Of a stretch of DNA of 64,000 bases, positions 24,488 to 34,248 are shown one piece after another. The DNA comes from Leucoraja ocellata (lineage: Eukaryota): contig JAWMAR010000202.1 in NCBI GenBank assembly GCA_036785375.1, positions 3,596,001 through 3,660,000 on the forward strand, in the 5' to 3' direction. The first letter of the stretch is position 1. Each line of letters opens with the position of its first letter. Both the position numbers and the translations under genes were made by a program. The notes beneath the pieces are model-generated. The model worked only from the letters and a program-made list of their open reading frames with translations, did not search any database and was not told the origin of the DNA.

Positions 24488-25408
24488 TAAAACCACGCGT
24501 GTAGCAGTGGCAAACCTGCCTGCCAGAATGCTGGTCCCACACCTGTTAAGATGCAATCCGTCCCTTTTGTACAGGTCCCCCTTACCCCAAAACAGATCCC
24601 AGTGATCTAAGAATCTAAATCCCTGCCCCGTGCACCAGTTCCTCAGCCACACGTTCAAGTCCCGTATCTCCCTGTTCCTGCTCTCGCCAGCACGAGGAAC
24701 TGGAAGCAAACCGGAGATAACAACCCTGGAGGTCCTGCTTTTCAGCATTTTTCCGAGCTCTCTAAAGTCAAGCTGCAGAATATTCATCCCCTTCTTTCCG
24801 ACATCGTTTGTGCCGACATGCACTACCACTTCCGGATGTTCACCTTCGCCCTTGAGGATTTTCTGCACTCTGTCCGTGACATCCTGGATCCTGGCACCAG
24901 GAAGGCAGCACATCATCCTCGCATCCCGTCTGTTGCCGCAGAAACCCCTGTCCGTACCTCTCACAATGGAGTCTCCCACTACAATGGCGTTGCCTGCCTT
25001 AGGCCTTTTTGGTTTCGGCTCAACAGCCCTATTCGCATCGCAAGCCAGTCCGCCGCTCAGTGTAAACACGTCTTCTGTCCCGACAGCTTCTAAGTGGGTG
25101 AACCTGTTCACAAGAGGTACAACACCCGGGGACGTTGGCATTCCATGCTTCCCTCCCTTTCTCACTGTCTCCCACCTTCTCTCTTCCAGTACCTTAGGTG
25201 TAACAATCTTACTGTAGGACTTGTCGAGGAACGACTCTGTTTCTCGGACGAACCGGAGGTCATCCACTTGCTTCTCCAGTTCCCCAACACGGTCCTTCAG
25301 GAGCTCTACCTGGATGCACTTCTCGCATTTGTAGCAGCCAGAGGCACCAGCGTTGTCCTTGACCTCCCACATACTGCAAGCATCGCACTGAATCAGCTTG
25401 CCTGACAT
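24482..25408 (-). CDS. CR1 ORF1p: N-terminal Zn-finger/coiled coil plus SGNH esterase, 308 aa
   Basis: CDAC..CEKC, VVGDS, HVGTND and DGLHLN motifs; uninterrupted from ATG to TGA. Confidence 0.92.
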   Translation of the reverse strand: MSGKLIQCDACSMWEVKDNAGASGCYKCEKCIQVELLKDRVGELEKQVDDLRFVRETESFLDKSYSKIVTPKVLEERRWETVRKGGKHGMPTSPGVVPLVNRFTHLEAVGTEDVFTLSGGLACDANRAVEPKPKRPKAGNAIVVGDSIVRGTDRGFCGNRRDARMMCCLPGARIQDVTDRVQKILKGEGEHPEVVVHVGTNDVGKKGMNILQLDFRELGKMLKSRTSRVVISGLLPVPRAGESRNREIRDLNVWLRNWCTGQGFRFLDHWDLFWGKGDLYKRDGLHLNRCGTSILAGRFATATRVVLN

Positions 25409-27299
25409 CTCCTTCTTTCGTCTCTAACTCTCAAGTGTATTGCGTGGTCTCCTCTCTGAAGACACTCGAGCCAAAGACTCACACTTTACTCACAGGGCAC
25501 TTCCCTCACTATGCCGCTCACTCACTGCCGCTCCCTAAGAGCTGTCTTGTTTAAATTGACTGATAAATTGCCCAATTTACAAACCAATTCCTCAGTTTTC
25601 AACTGTTTTCCCGGCACCGACTCACTTCTATCCTCCCACTCGGGCTAGAGCCAATCAGTCTGATCTCTTGCTAATCTCCTCCTGCTGTTGCTCCCAAATC
25701 TACAGCAGTTCTGAGGGAGGGTTTTGTGGGGGGGGGGGGGGGGGGGGGGGGCAGTCGGTTTCTGCCACGGCTGGTCGTGGTTTTGCCTTGCTCACTGTGC
25801 GATTGTTCTGAGATTCTGGATGTTGGAGGTCCTCAGAAGAAGAGAAAAATACGCCTGTGGGCCAGATAATTTCGGGTTATGAAGCAATGTGTCGGCAAAA
25901 AACGTGGAGGGTCTGCAGCCCCCCCGGTTCCGTGGCCCATGCAAGCGGTCACCAGAGAAAGTCACCATGGAAGGGTAATCCATAACGAATCCAGTTGCAT
26001 TTGGGGTCAGAAAAATAGTTGACAAGAATGTTGCTTAAATGGTGAACTTTTAATATTTGTTCATCCTTGCTATTGATTCCTGTACAGAATGTGGAATAGC
26101 AGGCAATCGTCTAAGACGTTTACATTGAATAGCTTTGATGTATTTAAAGACAGGCTGGACAAATGTGAAAAAGAGAATGGGGGATTTTAAGGAAACTTAA
26201 GTACAACCTAAATGCTGCCATGGACTTGTTGCGTTAAGTAGCTGGTTTGCATTGAATGTAATCCTATGTAATATGCTGGAAGATGGGATGCAGAGGGAAC
26301 ATATTCCAGATGGAGAAATATCAGTGATGCCAGATTGTTTGATATCTGTACTCATTCTTCACTATCTGCAACAATAAACTGAACAAATCAATTTGTAGTC
26401 CATGTATACAGACATGTAGAGTATACATGAACACTAAGCAAGGAGGCTCAGTAAATTTGTAGATGGGGCAGGAAGTTGCAGAGAACATGGATCACGCACC
26501 AGGCTAAATTGCCATAAATGAAGTTCATTTTGGATTCAGGCAGGTGAATTCTATTGAAAAGAGTTGAGATTTCACTTTACATGCAAATCAAAGGCAGTAT
26601 AATGCATAAAAAGATTACTAATTAAAATTGGAATATTGTTCTTTATATCAAGGGAACTAAGTGCATAGGAGAGGGATTGTAATTTTTGATTGCATTCTAC
26701 AGTTGGGAACATTGTGCTGCAAATGAAATAGTGCTTCCAGTTCTGGGAATCTCCCCAAGATAGTTTTGTTTTTAAGAGTGCAGTACAGGCCTCAGAGTTA
26801 AATAGCATAGCAGGTTACATAAACAATTTCACATGTTCTTAAATCTCAAAGGTTGACAAGAAGATTTCAAAAATGAATTAAAAGGTTGATGGACAAAAAA
26901 ACATTTCCTCTTTCACATGATTTCCATAAAGGAGCCATTCAAAAGGAAACCAGGAACTAGGAAAATATTTTTTATACAAAAGGCCATGGATGATGAGTCA
27001 ATAACATACAGGCATGCAAATCAGGAACAAGAGTAGGTCATCAAACCTGCTCCACACTCACAAGTTCATGGGTGGTTTGACTGTAACATCAACTCAACAT
27101 TCTAGTCTGTTCACTGTAATCTTTAACCCTTTTGCAAGAGTACCTGCGACTACCACCTCCTGAGGAAGTATATTCCAGACATCATTTTTCACCCAGACGG
27201 TGGCAGAATTCTTCAAATTCCCTTTACAACTCTTGTCCCTCATCTTAAATCTCTATTAAGGGGAATATTTTCACATTAACTACTCTACCCTACCTATGG

Positions 27300-28230
27300 A
27301 TTTTAAATGGAGCAAGTGTGAACAGGTGTTGCTCTTTGGGAGGTCGAATGAAAGGTGAAAGTATAAAGCATTGATATACATGGCTTCTTGGGACAAATGA
27401 CTTTAGTTCCCACAGAGTTGCAATACGAGTTGATGGAGTGGTTAAAGAAGGCATGTTTGAGCTTCTTCATTGGTTGGAGCACTGAGTATAAGAGTCAGGA
27501 AGTTGTGTTGCGACTATATAATACATAGGTTAGGCACAATTTGGAGCACTGCATGTTGTTCTGGTTCCTGGATGTGGAGGCTTTGGAGAGAGTGCAGAAA
27601 AGATTAGCTATAATGTGCCTGGATTGGAGGGCTACAAGGAGAAGTTGGACTGATTTGCATTGTTTTCTCTGGAGTGCTGAAGGTTGAGGGGAAACCCAAT
27701 AGAAGTATATAAGGTTATGAGAGGCATAGATAGGGTAGAATGTCAGAACTTTTCTTGCAGGGTAGAAATATCAAAGACTAGAGAGCATTAGCTTAAGGTA
27801 AGATTGCCAAAGTATAAAGGAGAAGTGCAGAGCAAGTTTTATTTTTAAAAACATTGGGAATGGTGGGTGCGTGGAACGCACTGTCATCAGTAATGGTGGA
27901 TGGGGATACGATAATGGAATACAAGGCTTTTAGACAAGTACATTGGTATGCAGAAAATTGAGGAATATGGATCATGGTTATACAGTGCCCTCCATAATGT
28001 TTATTATGACCCATAATGACCCATCATTTATTTATTTATTTGCCTCAGTGCGCCACAAATTGAAATTGAAATGGCCTTTAATAAAATCTGACAATGTGCA
28101 CTTTAACCACGTGATTTTTTTCTATTACATATCTCAAATTGTGGAGTACAGAGGCAAATGAATAAATGATGGCTCGTTGTCCCAAACATTATGGAGGGCA
28201 CTGTAGATAGGACTGTTCCTATGCTTAACT
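27300..28230 (+). mobile_element. Old CR1 3' fragment interrupted by a Tc1 MITE
   Basis: Decayed ..LEHC.LFW..ALERVQ.. and ..MKGIDRV.. segments. Confidence 0.7.
27983..28203. mobile_element. 221-bp Tc1-derived MITE, TA TSD
   Basis: TA|CAGTGCCCTCCATAATGTTT ... AAACATTATGGAGGGCACTG|TA; same terminus as the Tc1 at 63051. Confidence 0.9.
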
Positions 28231-28244
28231 ATTCTATCATAAGG

Positions 28245-28930
28245 TCATAAGGAATAGTAGAATGCCATTCGGCCCATCAAGTCTACTCCGTCATTCAATC
28301 ATGGCTGATCTATCTACACCTCCTAAACAAATTTCTCTGCCTTCTATCCATAATCTCCGACCTGTACAAATCAAGAATCTATCTATCTCTGCCTTAAAAA
28401 TATCCACTGATTTGGCCTCCACAGCCTTCTGTGGCAAAGAATTCCATAGACTCACCACCCTCTGACTAAAGACATTTCTCCACATCTTCTTCCTAAAAGA
28501 ACATCCTTTAATTCTGAGGCTATGATCTCTAGTTCTAGACACTCCCGCTAGTGGAAACATCCACTCCACATCTACTCTATCTAAGCCTTTCATTATTCTG
28601 TATGTTACAATGAGGATCCCCCTCAATCTTCTAAACACCAGCAAGTACAGGCCCAGTGCCGACAAACGCTCATCATAGGTTAACCTACTCATTCCTGGGA
28701 TCATTCTTGTAAACCTCCTCTGGACCCTCTCCAGTGCCAGCACATCCTTCCTCAGATATGGTGCCCAAAATTGCTCGCAATATTCCAAATGCGGCCTTAC
28801 CAGCGCCTTATAGAGCCTCAACATTACATCCCTGTTTTTGTAAACAAGCTCTCTTGAAATAAATGCTAGACTTTGCACCTCCGATTTCTGGATTCTCGCC
28901 CCATTTAGAAAATAGTCTACGCCTTTATTC
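28245..28930 (-). mobile_element. 5'-truncated, internally deleted CR1
   Basis: ORF 28291-28995: LYKALVRPHLEYCEQFWAPYLRKD..LERVQRRFTRMIPG. Confidence 0.9.
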
Positions 28931-29191
28931 CTGGCAGTGTAGATTGAATGTTCTATTCCATCTACACTGCTCATAGGGTGTGGGCCGAGCATCAAAAATG
29001 TGTCTAGAATTTAACTTTCGTGACCCATGTCTACTTGAAATTTTGCAATTTAGATAAAATATAATTGAGAAGGAAGTCATAACTTGTCAGTGCCCAAAGA
29101 TGAACATTAATTAAGCTAATTAGAAAATAAGAACGAAAAAGTAAGCACCATCTAGTGTTCAATGCTCATATTACTCCTTGGGGAGCCTAAT

Positions 29192-29337
29192 NNNNNNNNN
29201 NNNNNNNNNNNNNNNNNNNNNNNNNNNNNNNNNNNNNNNNNNNNNNNNNNNNNNNNNNNNNNNNNNNNNNNNNNNNNNNNNNNNNNNNNNNNNNNNNNNN
29301 NNNNNNNNNNNNNNNNNNNNNNNNNNNNNNNNNNNNN
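29192..29337. other. Assembly gap (146 N)
   Basis: Run of N. Confidence 1.
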
Positions 29338-30184
29338 AAAATATGGAGGGGACCGGGGGACAGCACAATATCTTGGCGGCCGCGCACACTCACACACGCG
29401 AGGCTTCGGAGGCTCAATCCAGTGCTAAATGCAGCTCAACTCTGCCTGTCTCGCTGGGTTAACCTCCAGCCCTGCCTGGACTGACGGAACACCAGCGCTG
29501 CTTCTCCGCGCTGGCTGTAAGCCTGGGACATATTTCCCTTAAGTCCAGGTAGAGCTGTAGGTTAACCTGGCGGGACAGGCAGAGTTGATTTCACTGGGTT
29601 TTAAAGTCCGGATTACAAAAAATGGGGGGGATCGTCCCCCACCTCTCAAAACCGAGGCGCCCCCCCCCCCCCGGGATTTCCACCCCTGTATGTATGTATA
29701 TGTATGTATGCATGTATGTGTGTGTGACGTGAATATGACTGTAATTATATATAATTATATTATATAAAAATAATATAATTAATATAATTGTGTGTTTTGA
29801 ATGAGACTGCCGCAGAGATCCAGCTCCTGAACCCGCCTAATGGGTGAGGGCAGTTCCTGTGGGTTCCCCCGTTTACTGAACCCCACTGACTGCCAGTGTG
29901 CAGAGTGGGGGTCACGAGCATAGTGGGACTGGGGCAGTGCCAGGCTGGGGGAAGGCCAAGGCATCTTCCACTGAGATGAAAATGCCTAACCCTAACCCAC
30001 CCCCCTTCCAGAGCTGCCTACTGCTGAAGCTCGAGCCACTTTGGGACCGGCTGCGGGCTCCGTACGTGGTGCCGATCAGCGCGTCCACCTCGGCCAGCAT
30101 GCCCTTCTGGATCATCGTGGTGATGATGGTGGGTGCCTTCAGCACCCCCCATAGCGCCGGCTCCATCAGTTCACCCGCTCGCTC

Positions 30185-30410
30185 GCTGCAACACCGGTCG
30201 TTAGACAGCCCGATCAACCACTCGCAGCACCCACCGCTGGCCCGACAGCCTGACCAACCCCTCGCAGCACTCACCGGTGGCCCGGCAGCCCGATCGACCC
30301 TTCGCAACATCCACCGGCCTACCGACAGCCCGACCGATCCCTCACAGCATCCACCGGCCTACCAACAGTCCGACCGACAGACTGACTGACTTATGACCGA
30401 CTTCTGACTG
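30185..30410. repeat. Degenerate ~40-bp GC-rich minisatellite, about 5 units
   Basis: Unit like gcagcatccaccggcctaccgacagcccgaccgatccctc. Confidence 0.8.
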
Positions 30411-32528
30411 ACACGAATCCTAACCCTAGCTCTACATTTGTTATTTATCATTTTTATTTAACAGTTCACATCATAACTTTACAAAGATAAATCAATTGTC
30501 AAACAAAATTATCAGCAAGGTTACCAATAATCCTTCGAAACCTTGCTATTGGTTTGATGTAATTAGGAGGCAGCCATGATCCCAGAGTGCTCGCTGCCTA
30601 GTTACCATGAAACAAAGTGCGTGTTTGCGTCGGATGCCAATTGACCAATGACAAACGTGCATTGATTGGACAATTACTACTCGGGAAATTGCAAGTTTTT
30701 CTGATATTTTAAAAATATGTGCACGTTTTGTTCTCGACAAGTTTCAGGTATGATTTCTATAATATCTTTACACAATGTGTTAAAAATTCAGGTAGTTACA
30801 CGATTTGGGTCACGAACTTAAACGAAAAAGCACCTCGGCCCACAGCCTATCATAATCTTATTCATCTAAATGAGTCCTCTTCAGGCTGATGAGATTAGGT
30901 TATTTTGGCATCATGTTTGGTGCAGACATTGTGGGCCGAAGGGCCTGGTCCAGTGCTGTACTATTCGATCTTCCATTCTCTCTACACTGCTCATAATGTT
31001 ATACATCTCAAACAGGTCCCCCTTCAGTCTTAGCTCCTCCAAGAAAAACACTCATTCTAACAAGTCACTCCTCACCACTGAAATATTCTATCGCAGGCAA
31101 CAACCTGACAAACCTCCCCTGCATATACTTCAATGCAATCACAATGTCATGTAGTATGGTGACCAGTACTGCAGTCTAACCAATTTTACATATAGTTGCA
31201 CCAGTCCCCCTGCTCCTATATCTATTAAGGCAATTTTCAACCAATTTACCAGTGCTGCAGCATTTAGGCATCCCTCAGACATGTACACCAAGATGCCTTA
31301 ATACATCAATACTTAATTGCGTACAATCTAGCTTTTTTAATCCTTCCAAAATGCATCACCTTACAGTCCTTCAGGATTAAATTCCATCTGCCATTGCTCT
31401 ACCTACCTTACTAATGCATCAACATCATTCTGTATCTAATGTCTAACCTCTTCACTATCCACAACACCACCACTCTCTACATATCACTTGCTCACTTACC
31501 GATTGGCAAAGTTACTGATCATATCTCCTATATTCACATCTAGACTGCGAATGTATCGAGCAAACTGCAAGGGTCCCAGCACTGACCTGTAGTACAGTCT
31601 GAAAAAGCTCATGACCCAAAACATCACCCATTCCTTCTCTCCAGAGATGCCGCTTGACCCGCTGAGTTACTCCAGCGTTTTTTTTTTGTCTACCTTCGAT
31701 TTAAACCAGCATCTGCAGTTCTTTCCTACACAGTGGTACACTGTTAACACAGGTTTCCAATCTTAAGAATAACTGTTAATCACCCTCTGCTCTTATTATA
31801 GGACAATTTCAGATATTCATGAATGCAATTCTCAACCAATTTGTTTCAAATCCCAGTGCTCCTATCATTTATGATCTAAATGTTTTAGCTTCTGATACTG
31901 ACTGAAACGACATTGCTATCCAAAATTGTTGAATTCTATTTTGCTTTACGGGCTGTAAACGTGCCTGGTTGGAATATGTTGGGTTTTGTCAGATCAGTGC
32001 AAGATGCCAAGGACAGAGGACAGGGAGTGGGGTGAAAATTAAAGAGACAAGCACCTGGAAGTTCCTTCTGCATTCGATTTCTCCAGAAATAAGAACAAAT
32101 AATTTTAGGTGCATCAAATGCATTACATTGGATTGGAAGCAAATGCGAATTGCTGTTTCACCTAGAAATGTATTCAGTGATATATAATAGCCATCAATAG
32201 AATCAGAAAGTAAAAACAAACTGTTGGTGGAACTCAGCTGGTCAAGCAGCATTTGTGGAAGGATCGACTAAATGTCGGGTCATGACCCTGTATCAAGATG
32301 ATAACGAAGAGGGACTGGGCAGAAACGACACGAATCGTTAACAGTTTATCTCTCCGCAACTGCTACTGCCTGATGCACCAACCGGCTTTCCCTTAAATTT
32401 GGTCTTTCAACGTGCGGGGGGAAATGACATTTATCGGATCGGCAAATAGGCGTGAAATGGATAGTTTCCGCAATCCCTTTTTTTTTGGTTCATGGCAGCG
32501 ATGAGTGTAGGAAGGAACTGCAGAAACT

Positions 32529-32562
32529 GGTCTGAAGAAGGGTCTCGACCCGAAACGTCACC
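32529..32562 (+). ncRNA. Minimal type I hammerhead ribozyme motif inside a TSD-flanked mini-element (32503-32625)
   Basis: GGT-CTGAAGA-A-GGGTCTCGACCC-GAAA-CG-TC-ACC: core boxes, stem II, stem I GGT/ACC, palindromic ACGT replacing stem III; flanks TTCATGGCA(G/T)CGAT. Confidence 0.72.
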
Positions 32563-32711
32563 CATTCCTTCCCTCCGGACGTGCTGCCTGCCCCGCTGAG
32601 TTACTCCCAGCATTTTGTGCCTATATTCATGGCATCGATAACACAGGTTTGATCAATGATGTGCATTCCGAGGTGCGAGCATGCAAGACTTAGAAGCATG
32701 TACAACTTTAC

Positions 32712-32867
32712 CTGCAATACCACTTCCACGTCGTAGGAGTTGCCTTTGCTTTTTTGGTGTCCCCTGAACTTGGAGCCGCTGTACAGGAGTGTGGTGGCGA
32801 CTCCGGGCTGCTGAGTGTTGATCGGAGGCGGCGGAATGAGCGAGGCCGCCTCGGTGCGGACCGGCAT
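32712..32867 (-). CDS. GID4: GID4 coding exon 1: [52 protein letters not shown]
   Basis: First in-frame ATG after a stop at 33035-33033; donor CAG|GTAAAG; six exons sum to 621 nt = 206 aa plus stop. Confidence 0.96.
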
Positions 32868-32869
32868 CT

Positions 32870-33345
32870 CTCGTTGTCCGCCCAGCAAAGCCCAGCCCAC
32901 GCCTTGAGAGCGAAGCGAGAAGGGGAGAAAGAGGGAGGGAGGGGGTAGAAGAAGAAGAAGGAGGAGGAGGAGAAAGACAGGGAGGAGGAGGAGGGGGGGG
33001 CGCCGGTTCGGCTGAGAGTCGCAATCACCCGGTCACCGCGGCCAGCGCCACTTCTCCTTCACAGCCCCTGACAACGCGAGATGGCCGCAACCAGCTTCTG
33101 ACTCACCGCAGGGGGGTGGCAGCATCGCCATTTCCCATTGGCTCACCACTTTACCGTCACTATGGACCTGCAATAGTTGCGCATTTTCATTGGCTGAGAG
33201 ACGAGGTGCAAAGGTCACCGTTGGCAGAGAGGACATTCGACTGCTGCGCTTGCGCCGTGGGCCAGGCGCATTCTGGGAGTTGTAGTCATTCGCTGGTTTG
33301 ACCGGCTGACTTCCTGCGGAACAACGAATAGAACCGCCGAGAAAG
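32870..33345 (-). promoter_or_regulatory. GID4 CpG-island promoter and 5'UTR
   Basis: CpG-dense; ZNF143/THAP11-type ACTACAACTCCCAGAATGCGC (minus, 33286-33266), CCAAT boxes (33137-33141, 33189-33193), NRF1-like tgcgcttgcgc, ETS acttcctg, YY1-like cgccattt; (CCT/CTT)n tract in the leader. Confidence 0.85.
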
Positions 33346-33981
33346 GGGCAACAAAGGTTCAATGGACTGGGACTCCAAAAGTACTTCACATGTTCGCAAT
33401 TTATTTCAACTAATTGTTAATGTTATTTTAAAAATCTACTTATCTACACAATTATTCATATTTTTCAAAATTCCAAGCATTTATTTGAATCATATTTCTG
33501 GATCTGAGTGTCACTTGCAAGACTACTAATTATTGCCCATATATTTCCCCTTGAGATGGTGGAGGTGAGCTCCCTTCTTGAACTACTGTAGTTCTTCTGG
33601 TACACCCACAGTGCGGATGAGGAGGAAATTCCAGGATTTAAATTGAAAGATCATGATATATCAGTGCCATGTTTCCAAAGCAGGATGGTGTTTGACTGGG
33701 AGGTTGAAACTGCAAGTGGTTGTCTTCCTAATCTACTTTGTGCCCTTCTCCTTCATGTTGATAGAGATGGCAGATTGGGACATCTGTCCGAATAGCCAAG
33801 TTCAATGTGTGCACGAAGGAATTTCCCGAAACGTCACCCATTCTTTCTCTGCAGAGATGCTGCCTGTCCCGCTGAGTTACTCCGGCATTTTGTGTCTATC
33901 TTCAAGGTTCAATGTGTTCTTTATTGTCACATGTAATGAGGTGCAATGAAATTCTTGTTTTGCATATAGTTCAGCAGAGTA

Positions 33982-34248
33982 ATGATGATGAAATGATTCA
34001 ATTTATTGTCATTGTCAGTGTACAGTACAGAGACAACGAAATGCATTTTTTAGCATCTCCCTTGAAAGGGAGACCCAGGGCGTCGCGGTGTGCCCGCGCC
34101 TGCCGCCGTAATTACATTCCATTACAGGCAAAGGTGGGTGAAGTGTCTTGCCCAAGGACACAACGACAGTATGCACTCCAAGCGGGATTTGAACCGGCTA
34201 CCTTCTGGTCGCCAGCCGAACTCTTAGCCCATTGTGCTATCTGTCGCC
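33982..34248 (-). mobile_element. tRNA-derived CORE-type SINE, GAGTA flanking repeat
   Basis: Minus strand: A box TAGCACAATGG, B box GGTTCAAATCC, CORE-like GTGTCCTTGGGCAAGACACTTCACCC, tail ...TGACAATAAA-(TCA)n. Confidence 0.85.

Larger units (their letters stand above)
21364..25700 (-). mobile_element. Near full-length CR1-clade LINE in GID4 intron 1 (5'UTR, ORF1, ORF2, ATGTTTCT-type tail)
   Basis: Intact ORF1; ORF2 with APE endonuclease (GITETW, GDFN, SDH) and RT (QGSVLGP, FADD); the 5' boundary is approximate. Confidence 0.95.
28975..30848. mobile_element. TIR-bounded non-autonomous DNA transposon spanning the gap, AT-flanked
   Basis: Left AGGGTGTGGGCCGAG versus reverse complement of right CTCGGCCCACAGCCT (14/15); sub-terminal ttcgtgaccca / tgggtcacgaa. 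Confidence 0.65.

Noticed and set aside
21840-25405. Plus-strand ORFs over the CR1
   Set aside because: Antisense shadows of ORF1 and ORF2
29152-29462. ORFs full of X
   Set aside because: Artefacts of the N gap
30185-30410. CRISPR-like periodic repeat
   Set aside because: Contiguous degenerate units with no unique spacers, in a vertebrate context; a minisatellite
29985-30430. CCTAAC telomere-like units
   Set aside because: Only 1-2 units each inside a transposon; not an interstitial telomere array
34175-34248. Possible tRNA gene
   Set aside because: A and B boxes run into a CORE domain and retroposon tail; it is a SINE head
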